Positions 41,340 through 51,545 of a stretch of 64,000 bases of DNA are shown piece by piece. How positions within the stretch are numbered: the stretch's first letter is position 1; the number at the start of each line of letters is the position of its first letter. Below the pieces are notes generated by a model. The model was not told the origin of the DNA. It worked only from the letters and a program-made list of their open reading frames with translations, and ran no database searches. Source of the stretch: Candidatus Bathyarchaeota archaeon (GTDB lineage Archaea > Thermoproteota > Bathyarchaeia > Bathyarchaeales > Bathycorpusculaceae); assembly GCA_963775895.1 (NCBI GenBank), contig CAVZKL010000027.1, forward strand, positions 20,565 through 84,564, written 5' to 3'. Both the position numbers and the translations under genes were made by a program.

Positions 41340-41858
41340 TTAGACTCCACGTCTTCTCCTGAAGGCTAACGCGACGGTCATCGTACACGCGGCCAGAATT
41401 GAAAGCATGATCAGTGGCTGGAATTCTGGGACTGCAGGGGTCACGATAAAAGTGCCGTACATCGGACTTGGATGGAACACGCAATAATAAGTAAAAGTGC
41501 CTGAAACATTCGCTGTAAAAGTTAGAACGACGGTTTGTCCGGGACCGATATCGGAAGAGACGACATCACCCGAATGTTGAGTCGAACTGTTTTCATAGCT
41601 AAGCAGGAATCGATGGGAAGCAGCGTAGTATCCCGTGTCCACGTTTATGAGCGTCAAATTCACAACATCGTTCAAGTCAACGACAATGACAGGTCCTGGA
41701 CTGGTAATGTTGCTAGCCGAAAAGCCCCATCCAGAAACATAGGAACCGTACAAAGTGAAGTTGCGGACAGTTGCTGCTTGTGCCTTCAAAACTTGCCCAG
41801 CCCCACACATAACGGCGCAGAGAATCAGTATCCTTGCGATAATCCGTTTCACATTCAT
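41340..41858 (-). CDS. Secreted cupredoxin with PEF-CTERM sorting signal
   Basis: Signal peptide; H...YYCVFHPSPM type-1 Cu ligands; VPEF, TM segment, RRRR. Confidence 0.82.
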   Translation of the reverse strand: MNVKRIIARILILCAVMCGAGQVLKAQAATVRNFTLYGSYVSGWGFSASNITSPGPVIVVDLNDVVNLTLINVDTGYYAASHRFLLSYENSSTQHSGDVVSSDIGPGQTVVLTFTANVSGTFTYYCVFHPSPMYGTFIVTPAVPEFQPLIMLSILAACTMTVALAFRRRRGV

Positions 41859-42050
41859 TTCTTGATCCCTTCTTTTTCCATACCTGCTTGGATTATTGTG
41901 CGAGTGGATTGTTTTCCCAAACTTCTCCAAAAAAGTAAAGCCGAGAGCCTGTTTATAGCTTTTGCTCATACGTTTTTTCGCGGTGCAGACCTCAGCTGAA
42001 AGAGATTTAATCCACAAATTACCTCCTACAGGTGAAGAAGCTCCTCACCG

Positions 42051-42287
42051 GTGAAGAGTGTGAAGATAAGTAAGAAGTACTCAACCCTGCTACTCGCCAC
42101 GTTCATGACGCTTGCCATGGATTTCGCGATGACGCTAACCATGACCATTGCAATGACAGGAATCGATCCTGGTTTTCTCATTAGATTCTTTGGCGGTTAC
42201 ATGATCGGGCTCATAGTAGGCATCCCAACAAGTGTACTGGTGATTCCTTACGCTCGAAAACTCGTGGAAGTACTCACCGTAGACTAG
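42051..42287 (+). CDS. Small membrane protein (DUF2798-like)
   Basis: Two TM segments, Met-rich, ending P..RKLV. Confidence 0.55.
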   Translation: MKSVKISKKYSTLLLATFMTLAMDFAMTLTMTIAMTGIDPGFLIRFFGGYMIGLIVGIPTSVLVIPYARKLVEVLTVD

Positions 42288-42401
42288 TTCCTGAATGTGC
42301 ACGCGCGCCAGGTTTAAGCCGAAATTCAGTTTTCCTGTCATCTGCGGTGTCCCTGACTAAATCTTTAAGTCACTTCGAACAAATATTAAAATGAGCGCAA
42401 A

Positions 42402-43378
42402 ATGCTTAGCGTCAACCAGCTCGCCGTCAAAATATGCAGAGAACTGATGGACAACGCTGACGAGTTCAATGTGAAGCACACTCGTTTCAAGAACGGGGTT
42501 CATCTCATCGACACTGGAAACAAGGTCTTCGGAGGAACAGAAGTTGGATTGCACGTAACTGAAATCTGTTTAGGCGGGGTCGACAACGTCTCTGTTACGT
42601 CCAAGGATCTTGACGGACTGACACTTCCTGCAATCGAAGTTTCAACAGACTTTCCAGTACTGTCTCTCTGTGTCAAGCGTCAGGCGGTTACCGTGAGGCC
42701 ATGGAAGGCTGGATCAACTTCAAAAGCGGCTCGTACTCCGCGATAGCAAGCGGACCGGCTAGAGCGATTGTACACGAGCCAGAAGAATTGTTTGATACGC
42801 TTGGGTATTGGGATGATGCTGACGTCGCTGTGGTCGTTCTCCAATCAGAACATAACGACGAAAAAGTGGCAGCGCGACTTCTCGAAAGATGCAAGGTGAA
42901 CCCAGAGAACCTGTACCTGGTTTTGTCTCCACTTTCAAGTATGTCAGGCTTAGTTCAGGCGACTGGAAGATCCGTTAAGAATGCAATGGTGAAATTGCTC
43001 AGTCTGAGCTACGACGTTAAAACAGTGAAGCATGCTTTAGGGGTCGCTCCTTTGCCGCCGCTAGGATCAAGGACAATAGTACCAGACGATATGCTCTCGT
43101 ACGCCAGCATCGTTCACCTTTACGTTGAGCCTAATGAAAAAACAGATCTCCGAGATATGGCCCAAAAAATGCCATAGCAAACATCCAAAGACTACGGCAA
43201 GTCATTCACAGAACTCACTAAAGAACACAGAGTGAGAGGAATCGACATCAACCTAATTGCTCCAGCACAAATCTACGTCAATGATCTGAAGAGCGGCGAA
43301 CTCTACACATATGGAAAAGTCAACAGCGAGTTGATAAAGAAAATGATGGGCTTTCAATCAAGGACAAACGTCAGATGA
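42402..43378 (+). pseudogene. mch: Methenyl-H4MPT cyclohydrolase homolog, frameshift near 42675 and in-frame TAG at 43175
   Basis: MLSVN, EICLGG, SGPARA, APLPP, and after the TAG SKDYGK.F..APAQIYVND..SG. Confidence 0.78.
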
Positions 43379-43449
43379 CGAAATGGTCAAGCATCGGTCA
43401 AAAAACTTGTTAGAAAAAGAGAAACGAAGAAAAATGGGGAAGTGAACAA

Positions 43450-44940
43450 ATGCCTTCGCGCGAGTATCTGCTAGGCATCGATGTTGGAACTGAAGGATGC
43501 AAAGCACTACTTTTCAACATCGAAGGTAAATCTGTGGCCCGTTCGTACAGCAGATACGCGGTGGTTGTCCCAAAGTCGTCTTGGGCAGAACAAGACCCCT
43601 TGTTATGGTGGGAAGGTGTCAGAAGCAGCGTTAAAGAAGTTGTCAAGAAGGGTCGCGTCTCAGCAAGAGACGTCGCTTGCGTTTGCCTCACTGGCCAATC
43701 TCCTGTGGTGGTCGCCGTTGACAAAAAAGGCAACCCAATGATGAACGCAATCATCTGGATGGACCGTCGTGCAGTCAAGGAAGCCAAGGAACTATTGAAA
43801 CTCACAGGTTTGAAAGAAGATCCTTCCATGATTTTACCGAAAATCATGTGGCTCAAAAAGCACAGACCGAAGATTTTTCGTGAAACCCACAAGTTTTTGC
43901 AGGCAACTGATTTTGTTGGGTACCGATTGACGGGGAAATTCGCAACGGACCCAGTTACTGCAAGCACTATCCACTATGATGCAGAGAAGCGAAAATACCC
44001 ACTTGACGTGCTGAGCAAACTGCAGATACCTCCAGAAAAGCTGCCGAACGTCCTCCTTCCGACGAAAAGCAAAGAAACCGTTTCTGGGGAAGCCTCGCGA
44101 CTCACTGGGCTCAGAATAGGAACTCCCGTTGTTCTAGCAGGAGTCGACGCGTACATGGCTTTGATCGGCGTCAACGCGTTACAACCAGGTCGGGCGTGTG
44201 AAATAACAGGAACATCAACCTGCATCATGGTTCCTTCTCGTAAAAAAATAGTGGATCCCGAGGCAAGAGTAGAGTGTTCACCATTCCCCTCCGTGCCAAA
44301 CCTGTGGATACTCTGGGGAATGATGTCCTCCACCGGTGCCTCACTGAGCTGGTATCGTGACAACTTCGGCGGAAGAGAGTCGTTCAGCGAGATAGACATC
44401 GAAGCCGCAGAAATACCGCCTGGATCTCAGGGTCTTATTTTTCTCCCGTACATGATGGGTGAGCGTAACCCCATCTCGGACACTTCTGCTCGAGGAGTGT
44501 TTGCAGGCTTGTCGCTCAACCATACTCGCAAGCACTTCGCGAGAGCCATACTCGAAGGATGTGCCTTTGGAATTCGTCATAACCTAGAAACAATCGAGGA
44601 ATTGGGCGGAAAGATCACTGAGATCTGGAGCTGCGGAGGAGCTGCGAGCAGCCGGATTTTTGGACAGATCAAAGCCGACGTCCTCGGAAAATCAATAATC
44701 ATTCCAAAAGAAATTGAGGCCCCCGCACTGGGATCAGCCATCATCGGAGCCGTAAACATCAGAATCTACAAAAACCTCGCTCAAGCCGCAAAAAGCATGG
44801 TGAGTGCAGAATGCACAATCGCCCCTCAGAAGTCTATTCAAGAGAAATACGAACGGTTCTTCAGAAAGTACAAAGACCTGTATCCTCCCCTTAAAGAGTA
44901 TTTCAGACGCTACTACCAAAATCAAACTAGCGTGCGCTGA
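43450..44940 (+). CDS. FGGY family carbohydrate kinase (xylulokinase-like)
   Basis: LGIDVGT, WAEQDP, IIWMDRRA, GTS, FLPYMMGER, RAILEG, GGAA. Confidence 0.9.
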   Translation: MPSREYLLGIDVGTEGCKALLFNIEGKSVARSYSRYAVVVPKSSWAEQDPLLWWEGVRSSVKEVVKKGRVSARDVACVCLTGQSPVVVAVDKKGNPMMNAIIWMDRRAVKEAKELLKLTGLKEDPSMILPKIMWLKKHRPKIFRETHKFLQATDFVGYRLTGKFATDPVTASTIHYDAEKRKYPLDVLSKLQIPPEKLPNVLLPTKSKETVSGEASRLTGLRIGTPVVLAGVDAYMALIGVNALQPGRACEITGTSTCIMVPSRKKIVDPEARVECSPFPSVPNLWILWGMMSSTGASLSWYRDNFGGRESFSEIDIEAAEIPPGSQGLIFLPYMMGERNPISDTSARGVFAGLSLNHTRKHFARAILEGCAFGIRHNLETIEELGGKITEIWSCGGAASSRIFGQIKADVLGKSIIIPKEIEAPALGSAIIGAVNIRIYKNLAQAAKSMVSAECTIAPQKSIQEKYERFFRKYKDLYPPLKEYFRRYYQNQTSVR

Positions 44941-45081
44941 AGGTAGTTTCGCGTCAAGAGCTTGAAGAGAGAATTTGCACGTGTCACGTGTCTTGACTTC
45001 CGGTGTGGCTATTCTAGCAAGTTTTATTAACGTTGTGTGAAAAACTACATAGCTGTGAAACAATTAACATTGAATGGTTGA

Positions 45082-45840
45082 GTGTTCATGGTTCAAAGAT
45101 ACGTCACCAACTCAGTTTTTGTGGCCTTGACTGCAATTTGGAGTTCTCTGGTACTGATTTTTGCATGGGTTCCTGCGTACCCAGTTTTTGGAACGTCTGC
45201 TGTAATCACCGTGGCAAGTATAGTATCAACGGCCTTAACGGCGCCAATTCTCGGGCCAGCTTGGGGCACTCTGGCTGGATTCGCTTATGGATTTTTCTCT
45301 CCTTACGTAAACCCTTCGACCTCCATAGGAGTGTTGACTTTCTTGGCTCCAACGATGGCCGCTCTCATGAGCGGGCTTGTCCTGTTCAACCGTTGGAAAG
45401 AAGCAGCGTTGATTCTTTCCGCTCAAATTGCAATCTGGTTCTTGCATCCTTTCGCATGGTATCAAGCGATGCCTATCGTAACATGGGAATACTGGCTTGC
45501 AATGGCTCTTATCATCGTGCCTCCTGTAAGAAAACGAATCCTTAGCGCATTCAGAAGCAGAAATCCAGCCAGCCTGCCGATAGCGTTATGGTGTCTTGCG
45601 TGGATTGCCCGAGTGGGAGGAGAAGTTGTAACCGGCAACAACATCGGCGTGTGGGTCAATGGCTGGGGCGTTCCAAGCATGTACATGTTCTGGGCTCCGT
45701 TGACTATATACTATGCCATCGCCGATTCGCTTGGCTGTCTTGCAGGAGCTCTCATTGGAACGGCTGTACTCGTTACTCTCAAATCAGCCAAGATGCGAAT
45801 ACTTGCAATTGACCTTGTGGAATCCAAGACAGAACACTGA
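45082..45840 (+). CDS. Multi-TM membrane protein, ECF S-component-like
   Basis: About 7 TM segments with PILGPAWG motif. Confidence 0.6.
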   Translation: MFMVQRYVTNSVFVALTAIWSSLVLIFAWVPAYPVFGTSAVITVASIVSTALTAPILGPAWGTLAGFAYGFFSPYVNPSTSIGVLTFLAPTMAALMSGLVLFNRWKEAALILSAQIAIWFLHPFAWYQAMPIVTWEYWLAMALIIVPPVRKRILSAFRSRNPASLPIALWCLAWIARVGGEVVTGNNIGVWVNGWGVPSMYMFWAPLTIYYAIADSLGCLAGALIGTAVLVTLKSAKMRILAIDLVESKTEH

Positions 45841-46097
45841 TTTTTCTCTGCTGAAGAGTCTCAGATGTTAAAAAGCGCGCGCAAGTTCTCGTTTTGGCTG
45901 GATGGCAATATTTATATGTTAATCGCTCCGTCTATGTATTCCTTCACAAAGTCTGGGGCATAACAATGCTCAAGATTGAGTTGGCACTGGCCGTTCACAA
46001 CCAGTGTCGAATTATCTGTCCTGCCCGTTATGTGAGAATTCAAGTGGGAAGAACACCTTGGAAGTGAAGTTGGACAGCCCTTCCGTCGGAACTGATT

Positions 46098-47069
46098 ATG
46101 AAGAGGTGTGGACTTTTGAACAAGACCATTGTCGTTGCTCTGGGCGGTAATGCAATCAAAATGGCAGATGAAGCTGGGGCGGCGGACGAGCAGTACAAAA
46201 ACGTAAGAAGTGCGTGTAAGCAGTTGTTGGAACTGATCAAGGAAGGTTATCGCATCGTCATTACGCACGGCAACGGTCCTCAGGCTGGCAATTTGCTTTT
46301 GCAGCAGGAGGAAGGGGTCAAGCTTGTTCCTCCGCAACCGCTGGATATCGTGGTGGCTATGACGCAAGGCCAAATAGGGTACATGTTGCAGCGGGCGATG
46401 GTTGAACACCTGAGGAAAGCTAAGATGGATGCGCGTGTGGTGACGGTCGTAACTCAAGTGGTCGTGGACCAGAGCGACCCTGATTTCGATGATCCCTCGA
46501 AACCTGTGGGGCCATTCTACACGAAACGTGATTCGGAAGAGCTCGTCTCAAGCAAGGGGTACACGATAAAGAAGGTAAGACCGAACGGCAAGAAAGCTTA
46601 CAGAAGAACCGTGCCGTCGCCAGACCCCAAGGCCATAGTTGAAAAAGACGTCATCAAAGAGTTGGTGCAGGCAGGAACGATAGTGATTGCTTCTGGCGGT
46701 GGGGGGATACCGGTCGCGTTGGAGAAGGATGGGTCAATGAAAGGGGTTGAAGCGGTTATCGACAAAGACTTGGCAGCAGAAAAGCTGGCAGAAGTGGTTG
46801 GCGCCGACATCCTCTTGATTCTGACCGACGTCGAGAAGGTGAAACTGAATTACGGTAAACCCAACGAAAAGGACCTAGATGTGCTAACCTTGAAAGAAGC
46901 ACGGAAACACTTGGAAAATGGCCAGTTCTTTTCGGGAAGCATGGGTCCGAAGGTCGAAGCATGCGCCCGATTCCTCGAATCTGGTGGAAAGAAGGCAATT
47001 ATTACGTCACTGTATAAGGCCAGAGAGGCGCTTGATGGTAAGACTGGGACTTTGTTCACGCCTCGCTAG
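46098..47069 (+). CDS. arcC: Carbamate kinase
   Basis: VALGGNA, THGNGPQ, QGQIGY, KPVGP, VPSP.P, GGGGIPV, EAVIDKD, GSMGPK. Confidence 0.95.
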   Translation: MKRCGLLNKTIVVALGGNAIKMADEAGAADEQYKNVRSACKQLLELIKEGYRIVITHGNGPQAGNLLLQQEEGVKLVPPQPLDIVVAMTQGQIGYMLQRAMVEHLRKAKMDARVVTVVTQVVVDQSDPDFDDPSKPVGPFYTKRDSEELVSSKGYTIKKVRPNGKKAYRRTVPSPDPKAIVEKDVIKELVQAGTIVIASGGGGIPVALEKDGSMKGVEAVIDKDLAAEKLAEVVGADILLILTDVEKVKLNYGKPNEKDLDVLTLKEARKHLENGQFFSGSMGPKVEACARFLESGGKKAIITSLYKAREALDGKTGTLFTPR

Positions 47070-47598
47070 GTTTTTTCGAAGCGATTGATCTGCCAGGCTT
47101 TGAGGTTATGGTCAAATCCCGAAAAAAGGTGTGATGAGGGCTTTTGGCTAGCAGGTTCATGTCTGTTGTACGAGTCTTTTTCCTGCGCACATCTTTTTCT
47201 TGTGTTCTGGGCACCAATCGGGATCGCAAATGAAGCAACTGCCCATTGAAATCAAACCCGAATTATCCCATCTTCGCACTGGTCTGGCTGATGTGTTCTG
47301 TTTGTTGAGAAACACCGCGAGATGACGGCTCTGGGACAGCAATCAAGGTGTCGATGTTTCCTGTGTCCTTCAAAAGTTGGATGTCGGTTTGGTTACCGTT
47401 TTTTTGTTCCTTTTCAATCTCACTAATATGGGTCTTCATGACCCGCACCAACAGTTCTACTGTTCGGCTTATAAGATTTTCTTACACGTTTCTGTGATAT
47501 CTGAAAAATATAGGTGTTTTTGAAGTTCAGACGGTCAGTAGGAGCAGGGCCTCAATGCACGTCTGTTGCAGATTTATCAGCTTGCAGGAAGAGGTTTT

Positions 47599-47874
47599 TT
47601 ACCGAGTCAGAAGCGGGTAGTTCTGAACTTCTCTGTGCGAGATCGTTGGTTTCCTTTTTCTGTACAGAACCGTTGCTTTGGGCGGCGTTACTTTTTCTTC
47701 ATGGCCTATGTTCAGCGCCTTTCCGATGCTGTCGGCCAAAGTGGTTATTGCGGGAAACTTGATGAAAGGCAAATCTCCGCTCTCACGGTATATCTCCAGA
47801 GCGAGCTCAACGGGAACATTGATCATCAAACCCAGTTCCTTGTGTTTTTTGGTTTTCAACTTGCGTCGACCCAA
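47599..47874 (-). CDS. Hypothetical basic protein
   Basis: 91-aa ORF; no recognised domain. Confidence 0.4.
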   Translation of the reverse strand: MGRRKLKTKKHKELGLMINVPVELALEIYRESGDLPFIKFPAITTLADSIGKALNIGHEEKVTPPKATVLYRKRKPTISHREVQNYPLLTR

Positions 47875-47977
47875 TCCTTAGGTTTCAAACCTGCAGTCAA
47901 AAGGGTTATGAATCGATAATCATTAGCCTAACTACGCTTCTGGCAGTTAGCGCGCGCTTGCCCAGCGCACGAATGAC

Positions 47978-48214
47978 CTATTCTTCGTGGGCAACCATCG
48001 TTAGGGTTTGTTTAACGCTTTCCAGTTTTCTTATTCTGTTGTGGATTTCCTTGATGCTCGCCATCGTGTTTGCTCTTGTTTTTACGATGATGTCGTAGAC
48101 GCCGTAGACAGCGTAAGCTGTCTCAACTCCCTTGGTGTTCCTCAGTTTTTTGATCAAGTCTGGGTTGAATGTTCCGGTCGTCAGCAACATGTAAGCTACA
48201 GGCGTGACTGTCAC
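47978..48214 (-). CDS. Lrp/AsnC ligand-binding (RAM) domain protein
   Basis: AYAVYGVYDIIVK..IRKLESVKQTLT. Confidence 0.85.
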   Translation of the reverse strand: MTVTPVAYMLLTTGTFNPDLIKKLRNTKGVETAYAVYGVYDIIVKTRANTMASIKEIHNRIRKLESVKQTLTMVAHEE

Positions 48215-48412
48215 CCCGTGTAGTAGCGACTTTCTTATTTTCTTGTATAAAAATCTGCGGGTATCTTCTAACTTGCGCGTCGTGCTCTATGGACTGCGGC
48301 GTCCAAACAATCGCCAGTAGCTTGCGGACTAATCGTTAATAAGACTGGAATCAGCTAAGATGTCTGACCTTCGTCTCGTGGAGTGATTGGCTCTCTTAGG
48401 GATGCAATTGGA

Positions 48413-50562
48413 ATGAGCAACGGAATACCCAAGGAAGACACGAAAATTGAGGAGCACCATTCTTTTTTCCTGGGTACGGCTAAGGCTGATCAGTCTCCGG
48501 TCGAGTTGCCAGTGCGTGCTTTTCAACGTCACTTCATGGCCCTTGGGAGGTAGCGGTTCAGGCAAGACCGTTTTGTGCAAATGCGTAATCGAAGAAGCAG
48601 TGAGGAACAACATTCCAGTGATCATAATTGATCCTCAGGGCGACATTTCCTCACTTGCGGCAAGAGCTGATCCGGGAGAGTTACAGGAACACGGAACTTC
48701 TCCCGAAGTTCAGGAGGAGTTTTTCTCGAAGGCACGGATAGCTATTTTCACTCCAGCCAGCAGGAAGGCGATCCCCATTAGCATCAACCCGTTCAGATCT
48801 CCTTCTCAAGAAATTGCTGCAGAAGAAGCTGTTCAAGCCATCGACATCACGGCCACTTCTCTGACAAGTTTTCTCGGTTACGATCTCAATTCAGACGCTG
48901 GAAAGGGCGCCAAAGCGTACATCTTCACAATTCTTGAGCACTTGTGGCGGGGACGGCGAAGAATAAACGACATGAGTCAAATGGCCCACCTGGTCCTGAA
49001 TCCGCCTGCCACAATTGCAGGGGCTCTCGGCGGGTTGGTGGCCAAGAAAGAGCCAGAAGAGATCGCCAGAAAACTGCGATTCCTCACGGTGGGGACATCG
49101 TCACTGATTTTTCAGATGGGGGTTCAGATCGATATTAACCTGTTCGTGGATCGCAGCGATGGAAAAGTACCGGTGAACATTATTTATCTGAACACTTTGT
49201 CGTCTGAGAACGACAAACAATTTTTCCTTGCGACCCTTTTCAAAGAGCTTTACTGTTGGATGTTGAAAAACCCCTCAGACAATTTGAGTCTACTCTTTTA
49301 TGTTGACGAAATCGCCCCTTACATTCCGCCCTTTCCAAGAAACCCGCCTCCAAAAGAAGCATACAGTCTTCTTTTCAAGCAAGCAAGAAAGTACGGGGTC
49401 GGCCTCGTGGCGGCAACTCAAAACATCACTGACATAGACTACAAAGCCTTGGCTCAAGTTAACACTTGGTGTCTTGGACGCCTGATGACGACGCAAGACA
49501 TTGCCAGAGTACAGAAAATCATTCAATCAATAAACCCAATGAAAGCCGATGCGATTCTTCAGAAACTGCCAAGTCTGCGAACAGGCGAATTTCTCATGCT
49601 GTCTCCTGACAATTACGACGACGTCGTCGATTTCAACGTGCGCTGGTTGGCGACCAAGCACTCGACGTTGGACGAAAGAGATCTCGCACAGTACGTGCCA
49701 GCAGAATCGCGAATCTTTTTTGAGAAGTACCTGCAAAAGGAGATAACAAAAAAGTGGACCAAAGCGGCGCATACTAAGCCACCCATGTCTCTGGACGAGA
49801 AGGCTCGCCGATTTCTCTATTCCGCAAGAAAGGCAATCTCAGCAAATTCTGTGGCTAAGAATCTGAAGATTAGCCAAACGGACTCGGAAAAGATCCTCCG
49901 CAAGCTTGTAAACACCCGCGTTGCAAGAAAAGGTCGAAGCAGACCCGGCAATGAGTACCTGTACTGGCTGTCAGAATTCAACCTCGACCCTTCAAAAGAC
50001 ATCAACGGTGAGGTTCTCGCGATTCCCGTGACGGATCACTCAGGTCGAGGCTTCCAGAAGAGTCCATCACATGCTTGAGGGCGGACGACTCCGCAAGGAC
50101 GAAGAAATCTACGATGCCGAACTCTGGTACGCTCCTATCTGGAAGGTCACGGCCACCCGTGAAACGACGAGAATGCTCCTTCTCAAAAAAGAAGTGACGC
50201 ACACATACTACGTGAGCGCACAAAATTCTTCAATAATATCACTTGAGAAAAACGAGATAGTTTTTCACAAACTCGTGACAAGAGCCATGGAGAAACTGAG
50301 AAATCTCGACGAGGACAAACGCATCACGTTCGTGCCAAAACTGCCAAGTGAAATTGCCAAGTTTCCAAAGATAGGACTTAACGTTGACCGAGCGTTTCAA
50401 GCGTTGGAACTGAAAACGGGAATCAGACCGGTTTCCGCAGAGATGATTATGCTGCCCGTGTGGAGTCTGAAAGTGCAACATAAGAGAAAAAAGATGAAAC
50501 GCACCATCAACATCGACGCAGCCACAGGCCGTTTGCTGGCGGGAGATTTTCAAAACAACTGA
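48413..50562 (+). CDS. HerA/FtsK-like (DUF87/DUF853) ATPase with C-terminal wHTH-like region (frameshifts near 48545 and 50030)
   Basis: RHFMALG/GSGSGKT Walker A, IIDPQGD, YVDE Walker B, QARKYGVGLVAATQ. Confidence 0.82.
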
Positions 50563-50627
50563 CACCATGCACGCGGATGAGTGAAGGTCTGAGAGGCAGG
50601 CATATCAGGTTGCCGTGAACGTAAGAA

Positions 50628-51545
50628 ATGCGGAAGATTCCCATGAGAAAGCGGTACTTGGCAGGCACATTGGTTCTAGTTCTGGCACTTGTGTCAGTCG
50701 TCGTCATCATTTTTTCAGAAAAAAGTCCCTCGGTTTCTACGGCATTGCACTACACGTATGAAGTTGTGCAAGTCTATCCCCACGACCAGAATGCTTTCAC
50801 AGAAGGTCTTGTGTTCGAAAATGGCTTTCTCTATGAAAGCACGGGACCCTACGGCAACTCTACACTGCGTCGCGTCGAATTAGAAACTGGAAGGATCTTG
50901 CAGATTTATTCCCTCTCAAATCAATTCTTCGGAGAAGGCATCACAATCGTTGGCGATAAGATCATACAATTAACGTGGCAGTCGCACACGGGTTTCGTTT
51001 ATGACAAAGACACGTTTCGCCTGCTGCAAGAGTTTAGCTATCCCACTGAAGGATGGGGGATAACAAACGATGGTAGTCGGCTGATAATGAGTGATGGAAC
51101 CGCAAACCTGTATTTTTTGGACATGAACACCTTTCAGAAAGTCGGACAAGTCGAGGTGCATGATACTTCCCCCGTGACGGAGCTTAATGAACTTGAATAC
51201 GTTCAAGGCGAAGTCTACGCAAACATATGGAGAGAAAACAAGATCGCGGTGATCAACCCTCAAACTGGAAAAGTCACGGCATGGCTGGACCTCAGCGGCA
51301 TCCAAGGCTCAGAAAACGAAGATCCAAACGATGTGCTCAACGGAATTGCATACGACGCGAAAGAAAACAGGCTCTTTGTAACAGGAAAAAGGTGGCCATG
51401 GCTCTATGAAATCAAGCTGGTCCCTGTCGTGATGAGTCTCTCTCGCGGGGTTAGTTATCGCTTTTCTTTCTCCCTTCTGGCTCTGGCGCAGATAATTGCT
51501 CTGAGCTTTTCAGCCATGTCTCTGAGACGCACGTCAACTTTGTAG
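50628..51545 (+). CDS. Glutaminyl-peptide cyclotransferase (plant/bacterial type)
   Basis: AFTEGL, YESTG, FGEG, EGWG, LNELE, VLNGIA, TGKRW; 3-prime end probably extended by a frameshift. Confidence 0.92.
   Translation: MRKIPMRKRYLAGTLVLVLALVSVVVIIFSEKSPSVSTALHYTYEVVQVYPHDQNAFTEGLVFENGFLYESTGPYGNSTLRRVELETGRILQIYSLSNQFFGEGITIVGDKIIQLTWQSHTGFVYDKDTFRLLQEFSYPTEGWGITNDGSRLIMSDGTANLYFLDMNTFQKVGQVEVHDTSPVTELNELEYVQGEVYANIWRENKIAVINPQTGKVTAWLDLSGIQGSENEDPNDVLNGIAYDAKENRLFVTGKRWPWLYEIKLVPVVMSLSRGVSYRFSFSLLALAQIIALSFSAMSLRRTSTL

Noticed and set aside
43175-43177. Genome-wide TAG recoding to pyrrolysine
   Set aside because: rps17, rpl5, rpl19e, rps5, rpl30, rpl15 and secY all end normally at TAG, and no pyl genes are in the window.
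47157-47451. Small Cys-rich ORF pieces (CFICDPDWCPEH)
   Set aside because: Two short overlapping frames with no recognisable family; a gene cannot be supported.
51455-51545. 91-bp convergent overlap of glutaminyl cyclase and Lon protease
   Set aside because: Both C-termini look frameshifted, and an earlier TGA is available for the cyclase near 51430.
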